The translations under genes and the position numbers were made by a program. Source: Vicugna vicugna (Eukaryota). From it: a stretch of 64,000 nucleotides of DNA. Below, in pieces: positions 15,130 to 26,870 of this stretch. Location of the stretch: contig MU058844.1 of assembly GCA_013265495.1 (NCBI GenBank), positions 10,686,184-10,750,183 of the forward strand, given 5' to 3'. Each line of letters opens with the position of its first letter. Positions within the stretch are counted from its first letter, which is position 1. Under the pieces are notes generated by a model. That model saw only the letters and a list, made by a program, of their open reading frames with translations, was not told the origin of the DNA and searched no databases.

Positions 15130-15288
15130 GTGTGTGTGTGTGTGTGTGCGCGCGCGCGCGCAGGGTTGCTCATTAGGTTTGTTTGTTTATTTTTATATCC
15201 TACTATTTTCTTAAATGGAGGTACTGGGGGGGTACCCAGGACCTTGTGCGTGCTAAGCACACACTCTACCACTGAGCTGCACCTTCCC
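15130..15288 (-). mobile_element. Vic-1-like tRNA-derived SINE whose tail is a (TG)n(CG)n tract
   Basis: Reverse complement of the same SINE head ('atggaggtactgggg...cccaggaccttgtgcgtgctaagcacacactctaccactgagct'). Flanked by direct repeat GGATCACCTC at 15120-15129 and 15293-15302. Confidence 0.85.
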
Positions 15289-17552
15289 ACCTGGATCACC
15301 TCTTAGCTGATTCCCTTTCTCCAGCCTCTCCCTTCCCCAATTCATTCAGAAATACATACTCTCAGTCACTGTCATAAGGCTCTGATCAGGTTCGTTCTCT
15401 ACTCACAGTACTTGAGGGGGCCCAGAGAGGCTTGGCATTTAAGGCCATTGACTGGGCTCTACTCATTTTTGTAATCTTACATCCATTTCCCTTTATGCAA
15501 TACACACTCTAAATTTCCAGTTTTAATTACTGCTCCCCATTTCACTCAACTTTCCCTAGGCCTAAAATTTTAATCATCTTTGATTTTCATTTTACCTTAA
15601 TTTTCATGCTGAAAACAATCACCATGTTCTGAGACATCTATTGTACCCAATACTCTCAAGAAGACCCTTATCTTTTGGAATTTACGAATAATATGTCGTC
15701 TGCTCTCCAGAATCTATCCTCTATTAATCTGTCCTCTATTTTTGCATGATTTCTAGAAAAGACCACATTGAGTGAAACTAGAAACGAATCTGCGCTTTTT
15801 GTCCTGGGTTCTTCCTCAGGAGAACTTGTCTTAGTCTTGGTGAGAATGAACAAAATTGCAAAAGACTATTATTCTTTTCAGAATTATTTTCTCCTCTTTG
15901 CCACAACTTCTTGTTTTCCTTCCCGTAAACATTACCTTGTATAAAGTTCCACACAAAAATAGAATGTTCTGCTGAAGAAGTCAAAGTGGGGTTGAAGGTG
16001 ATTGATTTGTATTTGAATTTTCAAGTGGCGAGCAAGGTGATTTCTTTTTTTTAACCATGGCTTTCACACAGAGATATAACAATTTCAGAGTCATTCCTTT
16101 GGTGAAAAGACTCACTGCATTACACTAGATTTTGCAGCTATTAACAGCTGTCACTCAGTGGAAACAGCTTCCAGGAAGTGCACATATTTGCTAAAACTGC
16201 CACCTACTTCCTCAGCCTAAGTTTTAGAATAACTTTTCAAGAGCTCGTCCCATTTTTGTCACGTTAGAAAAGAAACTAAAGAAAGAAACCTCAGTGTAGA
16301 AGAAAAGCTGCTCAAAAGCAAAACTGGAAGCTCAGTTTTATCAGCTCAACAAGAATTAAATGGAAGCGTGTGAAAACTTGGGGGGAAAGGTTAATATAGT
16401 ATAGATCCCTTGAGTTTTATGATCAAATAGTAGTGTTTTCTGCATTAGCACATAGGCAATGAGGATTTCTATGAAGAGAGAAAAAAAATGCTAAAGGACT
16501 GTGAAGGAAATCAGGTAGAAAGTTCTTGATCAAGGTTACCAAAGAGGAAAAAAAAGCTTCAGCCAATTGTAAAGATAATAAGGGTGCAGCAATGTGCAAA
16601 GCCAGTAATAGTGATGAAGGAATTAACAAAGGCACCTTAATTTTAGGCCTGGAAAAGAGCAGAGAACACTGGTTATTATCATGTGAACCCCTTCACTGCA
16701 GTACTTTAAAGTGCCCTGAATGGAATTGAAAGGAATTGATCAGTTGTTCTAACACATGTGAAAATGTGGAATGAGTCTACTGTGAAACTGGATAAAATGG
16801 AAAACTAATTCTTTGTACCTTATGATAGAGTGTATAGCATCATGCTTTTACATCATAAAATCTGTACTAGATTCTTCGGCTTAATTAGGTGTGATTTTTA
16901 CCCCCAGCCTTTCTTCCTCCCTCCTCTTCCTTTCCCCCGCTCACTAAATCGGTAATGCCTTTCCTCCCACTTCTTGACGGCGCTGTTAACGTTGCTCCCC
17001 GTTTCTGAGATAAGGATACTTAGCACTTTTAGAGAGTAGACTTTTGATAATTAATACCTTAATTACAGTCAGTCATTAAAAGCAACAGCACACGCCACTC
17101 TGGGGTGGGTTTAACTTCAGAGACTTCCTGCTTGCCATGCACAAAGCTTCATAATCCCTGAGTTTGGAAATGGAGTAAAGGGGCGAGGTTTTCTGCACTG
17201 CGTCTCCAGCTTCAGCAATCCTTGCTCCCGAGTAAGGCTCTCCAGGGCATTCTTGCTGCACTGATTTTGTTTTAGAATTTTTTTTTAACAAATAGAGACC
17301 CAAGAAGCATCTAACACGTTTCTTATCTTAATTTACCAGCACAGTTACATCAGTGTGAAAAAAAATCCCCTCTGCCTCATGTTTTGCCTGGTACTGAAAT
17401 CTGAGAAAGCATCTGGTTATACCTGAGTCATTTAAGAAATTCTATTTAACAAGCTGTAGAGGAAAATAAAAAAGTCATGTAAAAATGAAGAAATAAGAAA
17501 ATGATTGCTTCAAATTTTGGAGATAGTTTTAGTGGAAAAGTGGAAAGTAGCC

Positions 17553-17880
17553 TGTCTTAGTCCATTCAGGTTGCTGTAACAAAAATCTCATAGATTGGGT
17601 GAATTAGAAAAATTGATATTTGTCACAGTTCGGGAGGCAAGATCAGGGCACCAGCAGAATTCTGTGCCTGGTGAGAGCCCACCTCCTAGTTCATAAATGT
17701 CCATGTTTTCACTATGTCCTCACATGGCAGAAAGGGTAAGGAGCTCTCTGGGGACTCTGATAAGGGCTCTGATCTCATTCATGAAGGCTCCATCCTCATG
17801 ACCTAATCAGCCCTAAAGGCCCACCTCCACATACCCTCACTCTGGAATTAGGTGTCAGTATATGAATTTGGGGAGGATAT
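17553..17880 (-). mobile_element. MaLR solo LTR (MLT1A-like)
   Basis: Begins TGTCTTAGTCCATTCAGGTTGCTGTAACAAAA and contains 'gtcctcacatggcagaa', 'ctcatgacctaatca' and 'tatgaatttggggagg'. Confidence 0.85.
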
Positions 17881-17926
17881 ATATATATACACACATACAC
17901 ACATACACACACACACACACACACAC
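17878..17926. repeat. (TA)n(CA)n compound microsatellite
   Basis: Seen directly. Confidence 0.9.
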
Positions 17927-18052
17927 TTTTACATACAAGTTATTAATTAAGAACAATACAAGGTCTTAACTATGAATGTTCTGGGAGGAGAGAGCTTCCT
18001 GTAGGAATTAAGAGCCTAGGTGGACTTGGATTTGGCTCCAGTTAAAAGCACT

Positions 18053-18523
18053 AAAGAAAGAGTGAAATGATGCCATTTGCAGCAACATGTATAGACCTAG
18101 AGATTAGCATACTAAGTGAAGTCAGACAAAGACAAATATCTTATGATGTCACTTATATGTGGAATCTTAAAAAAAAAAGTACAAATTTTGTTTACAAATC
18201 AGAAATAGACTCACAGACATAGGAAGCAATCTGGTTACCAGGAGGGAAAGGTGGGGGGAAGGACAGATTAGGAATTTAGGGTTAACATATAAACTACTGT
18301 ATATAAAATAGATAAACAACAAGGACCTACTGTATAGCACAGGGAACTATATTCAATTCAATCATGTAAGAAGCCATGATGGAAAAGAAACTGATAATAT
18401 ATGTATGTATGTGTATGTATATATGTATATATATGTATAACTGAAAAGCTTTGCTGTACACCTGAAACTAACATTATAAATCGACTATACTTCAGTAAAA
18501 ATTAAGAGTTGGGAAAAAAAAAA
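18053..18523 (+). mobile_element. 5'-truncated L1 3' end (cetartiodactyl/laurasiatherian type) with A-tail
   Basis: 'atgccatttgcagcaacatg..gacctagagatt...aaaatagataaacaacaaggacctactgtatagcacagggaactatattcaat...ctgtacacctgaaactaac'. Confidence 0.9.
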
Positions 18524-19014
18524 GCCAGGCTTAGGTTTGAATCCTCTGCTGCCACTTAGTAGTTGAATAACCTTAGTTACTAAATCTCTCTGCCCTTCAG
18601 TTCATAGACATTCACATCTCTTGATGAGAACTAATTACTTTTACCAAAATATAATCTTTGGAAAATTTGCTAAACTGAGAGTTCTGAAGAGCAAACCACG
18701 TTAGTTTTCACACTCCCTTTAACATTGCTCAGGCACCAAAGAACCTGCCCTGTAATATCTCAGCACTTGGACTCTGCTCCTGCCAACCCTGTGAAAATAC
18801 ACTCCATCAGTGGTTATAATGGAATGCCTCCCAAAAGAAGAAATGGACAAAATGAGGATGAACGATGCTTTCCAATTCAAATCCTCTTAATTTTGTTAAA
18901 AAAAAGGTATGTAGTACAAATTGATATTAGTTAGGGAAAAGGAAATCTCTATTGCTTTTTCATTAAATAAAAATTATTTTGCTCTCTCCCACATGCTCTT
19001 TCCCCTTCCACTTC

Positions 19015-19568
19015 TGTGCGGGCAGAATTCTGAGATGGCCCCCAAGATGTCACCTACCCCTCTTAGCACCTCTTGTGTTCATATCCCACGTAATCTCCTC
19101 TTCTTGACTGTGTTAGGTTACTTTATATGGCAAGGGTGAAGGCATCTTGCCAATGTATTTAAGATTCCAAGTCAGTTGGTTTTGAATTAATCAAAAGGGA
19201 GATCCTCCTGGGTATGCTTGATGTAAGCAGCTGAAAGCCCTTCGAGAGGGACTAGACCTTTCCTGAGGTGCTGAGGTAACAGAGATGTTCTTCCACTTGC
19301 CTCAAAGAAGCCAACTGCCCACAAAAGGGGCGCCTCTAGGAGCTGAGGGTCTCAGTCCTACAACCACAAGGAGCTGAATTTCTGCCTAAAATATGAAGGA
19401 ACTTGGAAGAGGGTCCTGAGTCCCTCTTCTGGAGTCTAGTTGACACAGACTGCAGTCTTGGGAGACCCTGAGCAGAGGATTCAGTTAAACTATGAGATAA
19501 TAAATGTGTATTGTTTGAAGCTACTAAATTTGTTGTAAACTTTTATGCAGCAGGAGGGAATTCATACA
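19015..19568 (+). mobile_element. MaLR solo LTR (MLT1E-like)
   Basis: TG...CA ends. Contains 'ggcagaattctgagatggcccccaaga', 'tcagtcctacaaccacaaggagctgaatt' and 'gagataataaatgtgtattgttt'. Confidence 0.8.
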
Positions 19569-21099
19569 TCTCTCTGAAAACCAATTTTTTTTGCATTTAT
19601 TTTTAATAGTGGAACATAGACCCCCAAATTAATTCAACAAGCAATTACTTAGTATCTATAGGAACAATAAATATGAGAATGTCCATTTCTGTTCCTCCCA
19701 GAAAAAAATTTAGACTTATCTGGAAGAATAAGACAAGTAGCTCTAACATAAGAACAAACTGGCAAGCATGAGGCCCATGGAAGGTCCAGGGACGGGGAGA
19801 CTCTGATCAATGAAGCAGGAAAGAGGACGATCATGTTAGTCTGTGGTCTCAGCAACACTTGACACTTGATGGTCAAAGTGACTTAGTCATTGGAATGTGT
19901 TAGAAAAAGTTCCTAACATTCAAGCTCTCAGTGGACTGTCACCAACTTCTCTGTCCCAGGTTCACAAGCAACTTCTGTCGCCAAAATAGGAGAGATTTGT
20001 GATAACACCAGGGGTGTGGATATGTGCTGGCATTCAGAGGGAGCCGGGAGGGGGTGAGCTTTGCCTATGCTAACGACAGTCTATGTCCTTTCATCTCTTC
20101 TGCTCATTACCTCAACACTTGCCCTGATTCCCCTTCATCCTGCCAAGTGCACCGGCTATAATTCTGTTTGTACTGTTTGTAGGGGAGAACAGTTCTCACT
20201 CCCTGCTCTTACTTTCTCACTTCTTAATTCCTCACCTCACACCCTGCAAGCTGGCTTCTGATGCCAGCTGTCTAATGAAACAAGGCTTTCCAAGGTCAGC
20301 CAAGAGCTCTAAATACACTAGCCTTTTCTCCAGCGTAAGCTTCCATGATCTCTGCAGCATTTGCTATGGCTGGATGCTGATATCTCTAATGATTTCTTCC
20401 CGTGGTCAAAAAAGAAAAAAATGAGTTGGTTCCATACTCTGTTCTTTAAAATCCCATAAAGGCTTATGGTTTGCAGAGTAAATATCACCTGCTTAGCAAA
20501 AAACATTAAATACTCTAAAAAATGGGGTCATGTGCTTTTTCTTCGATCAACATCAATGTACCCTACAGTCCAGACACAGCAACCAAACTGTTAACCATAA
20601 GACTGTGTGATGGTGCTCACAACTCACGTTGTTCAGTATGGAATCACCTTCTATCCATTGGGTTATGTAAATCCTTCTCTGTTTCAAGGCATAATTCAAA
20701 AGCCATCTCTTTTTTTTTTTTAACTCCTCTGTTATCCTCATATGATTTCTCCTTCCTTCATGCTTTGCTTACTTGGACCTTTCTTGAATACTTACTTCAC
20801 TATGTCTTGTACTAAAGTATGTTTTCCTTAGTATCTTTGAGATTCTTTACTCCTACATAAAATTAAAATCATAAACATATGCCCATCAACGTTGCTATGA
20901 GGAATAACTGGTCAAATAATAATTCAATATACAGATGAGGTCCTGTAGCAATCACTGAAAAATACTGATAATGGTGATAGTGCTGATACCTGCTTCCTCT
21001 TTCCTACGATACTGAAAACGTGGGAAGGGTAGATTGCGTGCTCTGTCATTTTTGTCTCCCCAAACTTCAAGCAGTACATTCAATAAATTCTTTTGAATC

Positions 21100-21850
21100 A
21101 AATTGGCTGCTTTTCTCAGAAACTCTTTTCACTTAGCTTCTATGGCACTCTCTACTTCGGCTTTACGCACTACTCTTCTGACAGCTCATTTATCTCTTCA
21201 GCAGTTTCATTCCTCATCCATGACTTCAATATTTTAAGAATTTATCATTGACTCCTTGACCCCAAACATTCTTACTTATGACAACTATCCACCTTGACAA
21301 CCTCAATTTATATGTGGTCAGCTCCCCAAACCTCAGTTTCCCATGCTGAACTCTCTCTTGGGTTCCCCATTCCCTGCCAGGCATAACCGTCGAATGATCA
21401 CCCAGGCTCTCTGGATGATTTTGCATTTTCTTTTTCCTACACACCCTCCGATCCAGTTGTAGTGCCCGTCAGCTGCATGTTCCCTGGGTCTGTCACATCA
21501 GTTAATGCTTTTGTTATCTCAAGGTTTCCTTCAGTTGCCTCCTTCCTGCCTGGTCCTTCTCTCCAAGCTCACCCCTTGCAGTCTGTCCTGCCCACACACT
21601 GCTGCCGGACTGATGGTCCTTAAACAGAACAATAATTACGTTACTTCCATGTTTAAATATCTTGAATGGTTCCTGGCTCCTCTTTAACGATTTAATGAAG
21701 TCTAAAGTCTTTAGCCTGATATTGATGGCTGTCTCTAACTTAATTCCAAATTACATTTCCAGGCTCATCTTTGCTGAATCCTCTACACATTTCTACTGTC
21801 TTATATTGTTATTGTTTCTATGCATATCTTATCTCTCCTATTAAGAAGGA
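21100..21850 (+). mobile_element. L2 LINE fragment (degenerate)
   Basis: Pyrimidine-rich L2 3'-region motifs, e.g. 'aatggttcc...tctaaagtctttagcctg'. Confidence 0.5.
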
Positions 21851-21894
21851 TAACTTATTCCACTTTGTATTCTACCACCAAGCAATTCTTCCAT

Positions 21895-22770
21895 GCCATA
21901 CATATTTATTGACTGCCTAGTCTTTGTAAGGCATGCAGCATGTAGTCTAGAAGACAAAAAAGTGGGTCAAAGTCTGAGGCTGTCTTCTAAGAAATTAAAA
22001 TCTAGTAAAGAAGATAAGATATGAGCATAATACTACACAGTAGAAGATAAGTATATTAAAAGGGTAGTATGGTTTCTGTAGCAGGAGCTTTACAGAAGAG
22101 CTAGCATTTGACTTGAGCCTTAACCTTTTAGGACAGGGAAGCTTGGATATGCAGAGACAGGGTGATGGTAATTCAGGTGTAGGAACACCATGGACTAAGG
22201 TACAAAGGCAGGAAGTAGAGGTGTGTCTCTGGAACAGTGAATAGTTCAGTTTGAGAAGCTGAGATGAGGTTGAAAATGTAGGTTGGGGCTAGACTACAGA
22301 GGGTCTTGGATGGCAAAGGATTTCAGAACTCAGCTAAGGGGAAAGTACTTAAGGCTTACGAGCAAGGGACTTGGTGTGTTCAGAGCTATGCTCCAGGAAG
22401 AATCATCTGGAAGATTATGTAGAATGGATTGGCAAACAGTGGAAAATGATTATGGGAAAATCTCTTAGGAGGCTCTAATAACTGTAACATGAATGAAGGC
22501 CCCAGTAGAGCAGTGGTAGTGGGAAGAAGAGGTGAAAAGACAAGAGAATAAGGCAATAGGACTTGTTAACTAGCTGGACAAGGGGGACAAGAAGTAGGAA
22601 GAATCGAAGATAATGCTAGGGTTTTGAGCTTCAGGGTAGAGAGGTGTGTGAGTGTGTGTGTGTGTGTGTGTGTGCATGTATGTGTGTGCTTTGCTGGGGA
22701 AAAAGGTGAGTTTAGTTGGAATAGACTGAATTTCGATTGCAAATGGCATATACAGATGAATGGATCTTAA
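21895..22770 (-). mobile_element. L2 LINE, interrupted by an L1 insertion (continues about 24070-24250)
   Basis: Starts 'tatttattgactgccta' with purine-rich L2 antisense motifs and resumes at 'gagctcaggaaagac...'. Confidence 0.6.
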
Positions 22771-22786
22771 AAAGACACCTTTAAAA

Positions 22787-23540
22787 ATGGAGTTCCTTGT
22801 AGTTTTAATTTGCATTTTCCTCATGACTAAAAATGTTGAATGTAAATGATCCTTACATGAATTTATTGGTTATGTATATCTTCTTTCATTGAGTATCTGT
22901 TCAGATCTTTTGCTCATTTTTGTATTGATTTGTAAGAGTTTTTTTTAATATATTCTGGAAGCAGCATCTTTGTCAAATATATATATTACAGATACTCTTT
23001 CAATCTATGACTTGCCTTTTTATTTTCTTAATGGTGTATTTCTAAAAGCAGAAGTCTTTACTTTCGAAGAAATTTCATTTATCAACTTTTTCTTTTGTAG
23101 TTTGTGCTTTTCGTATCCTTTTAAGAAGATCTTTTTTGGGTAGGGGAAATGAGTTACTGGCCAAAAGGTACAAACTTCCAGTTATGAGATAAATAGGTTC
23201 TGAGGCTCTAATGTACAGCATAGTGATTAGTGCCAATAATCCTGTATTACTACTTGAAAGCAGCTAAGAGTAGATCTTAAATATCCTCAGCTCAAAAAAA
23301 AAATGGTAATTATGTCACAGGATTGAAGTTTTGGCTAATAATATGGTGGTAATCATTTTGTATCAAATCAACATGTAAACACTTTAAACTTATACAATAT
23401 TATGTTATCAACTATACCTCAGTAAAGCTGGGAAAAAAGACGACTTTTGCCTATATCAAGTTCATTGAATTATCTGCTATATTTTCTTCTAGAAGTTTTA
23501 CAATTTTAACTTTTATGTTTAGATCTATAATCTGTTTTGG
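22787..23540 (-). mobile_element. Old L1 (L1M) ORF2 3' region, antisense, interrupted by a younger L1 3' end
   Basis: 'gtagttttaatttgcattttcctcatgact...tgttcagatcttttgctcatttt...ttttcttctagaagtttta'. Confidence 0.8.
23137..23438 (+). mobile_element. L1MA/MB-like 3' end nested in older L1
   Basis: 'ggtacaaacttccagttatgagataaataggttctgagg..ctaatgtacagcatagtga...ctaagagtagatcttaaa...tatacctcagtaaagctgggaaaaaa'. Confidence 0.8.
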
Positions 23541-24068
23541 GGTTACCAGGGAAATGCACATTAAAATTACAATGATACCTTCTTTACCTGTACCTACAAT
23601 GACTAAAATGAAAAAGACCAACAATTCCAACTGTGGACAAGGGCACGGAGCAGCTGGAACTCTCATACATCACTGGTGGGAGGTAAATACCACAGTCATT
23701 TTTGGAAAAGTTTGAATTTTTTTTCTTATGTAAAGAAAAATACTTTCCTACTACTCAGCAGTTCCATACCTAGGCATTCTACAAGAGAGAACATAAACAT
23801 AACATTAGGCTCAGTGAAAGAAGCCAGATGTAAAAGACTACACAGGGCATAGTTCCATTTTTATGAAATGCTTGAACAGTCAAAACTAATTTATAGTGAC
23901 AGAAGGCAGAACAATTATCACCTAGAATCAGGGCAGGAATTGCTGGCAAGAGACCAGAGCCCTGTTTTGGAGTGTGATTACATTTGATATACTTGTCAAA
24001 ATGCACAGAGCTGTACATTGGCATCAATTGCAATGGGTGCATGGTAGGCAAACCATTCTTTAATAAAG
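23541..24068 (+). mobile_element. Old L1 (L1MC/ME-like) ORF2 end and 3'UTR
   Basis: 'cagggaaatgcacattaaaattacaatga...ggagcagctggaactctcatacat...agtgaaagaagccaga...aaaactaatttatagtgacagaa', ending at AATAAA. Confidence 0.75.
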
Positions 24069-25481
24069 GTAATTTAACACGAGGGGAGAGCTCAGGAAAG
24101 ACATCAAGACTGGGGACTGACTTTCGAGTATGATGTACATACAGATAGTATTGGAAATACTGAAATTATGAAGAAATCGTAGAGGTAGATGAAGGTCATA
24201 GAGATCCTTGGAAAGTGCCCACCTGTTAGTGATCAGAGAAGGCAGAGAGAAAGAGAAAGAACACTCAAAAAGAAAGAGGATGAAAGTGTCAGAAACCAAG
24301 AGAGAAGAGAATATAAGTAAGGGTAAGGGACATGGCACGGGGTGCCGGTTACAGACAGGCCCAGTGTCTCTGGCTGAGTGAGTGGCCAGGTCAGGGAGCC
24401 CAGACAGAAGCAAGCTGCATCAAGCTCCAGTGGAGGATGAAAGCAGCAGAACTGACTTGTTTTCCTGTAATTGAAGACCGGTGAAGTCATGCGGTGCTCG
24501 ACTTTTAGGAAGAGCATTAAGTTTGAACTCTGATGGGCTTTCACATCCTCCGTGGTGCTGGTGTCAGAGCTGAAGGCTACAAAATGCAAAACAGCAAAGC
24601 ATTCTCTACTGATGAGGGCCTGGAAGGCAGCCAGTGAAATCACACGAGAGCCACATTAGCAGGTCTGGAAAAGAAAGGTGGATGGATGACAGCAGCGGCG
24701 GAAAGATGAAGTGATATGGAACAGGTCCAGTTAGTATGGGCAGAAGATGGCCGGCAAGGCCATCCTGAAGCACCACTTCAGATGATATCCATGGTTGTGG
24801 CATTATCAGCAACAACAGCCCCTGGAAGGCTAAAGTGCTGTGCGTTGTGTGGCTCGTAAATGAAAGAGAGACTCAGACGAGTTTCCTATAAAAAGCTACT
24901 CACCAGAGAAAACCTCACAAAAGTACCTGTCGGGGGAGAAACTGCTGTAACACAACACTTGCTGGCATCTTTGGACTCTCGGTGAACGTACAAAAAACCA
25001 GGCCATGCTGTACAGCAATCGTTATAAGAAACGAGTTCATCTTGCTTCCTGGGCATTGCAATACAATGCTGCATTATTTTTACAACTGAAAGACGAAACT
25101 AGTATCAAGTCCCAGGTCTCCACTTGAGTAAAAATGCTTACGGGGAGAACTGTTTACTCCGAGGACCAATTTGGTGGCCGTTTGTATCTCAGTGCTGAAT
25201 CAGACTGGACTGTCACCAGGCCAAAGAGATTCAAATGAACCAAATGGGGTATATTCTAATTCATCACAGGCAAGGAGGAAAGAAAATGAAACAAGAGATG
25301 ACAAAGACTGAGCAAAGGGAGAGAAAAATAAAAGGAGAGGAAAGATGATTGTGAAGGGCTGAGTGCTTGAGGGCAAAGCAAGATGGCTCAGAGAGAGGCC
25401 TAACTGTAGTCCAGCATAGTGTTTAATTCCACCTTTGACTACTATTATTACCCATTTCCAGTAATACCTTTTTGGAAGCAC

Positions 25482-25990
25482 TTTTTTTTTTTTAAAAAGA
25501 GATATAATTGACAGATAACATTATATTAGTTTCAGGTGTACAGCATGATGATTCAATATTTGTGTGTATTGCAAAATGATCACTCCGATAAGTCTAGTTA
25601 ACACCTATCACTACACATAGTTAGAAATCTTTTTCCTAGTGATAAGAACTTTTTTTTTAATTTTTGGAGGGGAGGTAATTAGGATTGATTGATGGATTTA
25701 AATGGAGGTACTGGGGATTGAACCCAGGACCTTGTCCATGCTAAGCATGCACTCTATCACTGAGCTATAACCTTCCCCAATGATGAGAACTTTTAAGATC
25801 TACTCTCTTACCCATTTGCAAATACACACTGCAGTATTATTAACCACAGTCACCATGCTGTCCATTACTTCCCCATGACTGACGGATTTTATAACTGCAA
25901 ATTTTTACCTTTTGGCCCTCTTGACCCATTTTGCCTACTCCCCACCCCCTGCCTCTAGCCTCTGCCAATCTGTTCTCTGTTATCTATGAC
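25482..25990 (-). mobile_element. L1MA9-like 3' end, interrupted by a SINE
   Basis: Poly-T then 'gatataattgaca..taacattatattagtttcaggtgtaca...aagatctactctctta...cagtcaccatgctg'. Degenerate TSD TGGA(A)GCA(C/T)TTT on both sides. Confidence 0.85.
25651..25778 (-). mobile_element. Vic-1-like tRNA-derived SINE inserted in L1
   Basis: 'atggaggtactggggattgaacccaggaccttgtccatgctaagcatgcactctatcactgagctata'. TSD AGTGATAAGAACT (25638-25650) / AATGATGAGAACT (25779-25791). Confidence 0.9.
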
Positions 25991-26689
25991 TGGAGCATTT
26001 TCTTGTTAATAAAATTATCTAGGATCTTTTGAGCTAAAGGAGAATAGTATTTCTGCTTAGTATGAGCCAAGATTGGAGACACACAGAGGAAGACTGTTCT
26101 GATCTGATGCAGATTGGTTGGCATTAAGAGAGAAAACATGAACAGATACGTACATAAAGTAGAAATTACAAACATATGTAAAGCACAGACTTCTAACAGA
26201 GGATGAGCTGCTGATTAATAGTAGATGACAAGGTTTTGTAGCGTGAGAACAGAAAGATCTTTAAAAACGAGTAGATTTCTGAAGCGTAACTTGAAGTTGT
26301 TCAGCCAGACGAGCAGCAGCCAGCAAGAAATTTCAGGCAGAGGAGACAGTTTGTACCAAGATCCGGGAGCAGGGGACCATACGGGTAATAAATTCAGTAA
26401 CTCTGAGTCTCTGTCCTGCTGAAATGAACTGTGTGAGGCTGAACAGTTGGAGATGAGGCTGGAATGTATACAAAGGTCGTATCATATCTTACAAAGCTGT
26501 CGGTATCTTGCCAAGACACTTGAATTTAGAGATCCTTCTGGTAGAAACGTTCTGAGTCTATAATGCTACTGAGGCATTACATGTGCTTTGGTTTAATTCC
26601 TAAGCATGGCATACACAGCCTAGCATATAGTAGGAACTTTATAAATATGCATTAGAAGTTTACTGATTTTGAATATGGCCTGCATTACA

Positions 26690-26870
26690 TTCCAGACAAT
26701 GATTACACACTTCATGTGTATTAATATTTCACTGCTCACGTCTTCCCAGAGGTAAATACTATGATTATCCTCATTTTACAGAGAGATTAAAATGATGCAC
26801 CCAAGGTCATACAGCAGTAATGGCAGCACTGGGACCTTGAACCCAGGCAGACCTACTCCAGGTCTTACCC
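26690..26870 (-). mobile_element. MIR SINE
   Basis: 'attatcctcattttacagagag...cccaaggtcatacagcagtaatggcag...tgaacccaggcag'. Confidence 0.8.

Noticed and set aside
24060..24643. 117- and 136-aa minus-strand ORFs
   Set aside because: They partly overlap an L2 remnant, are Leu/Ser/Phe-rich, and do not resemble SYT1 exons or any protein I recognise.
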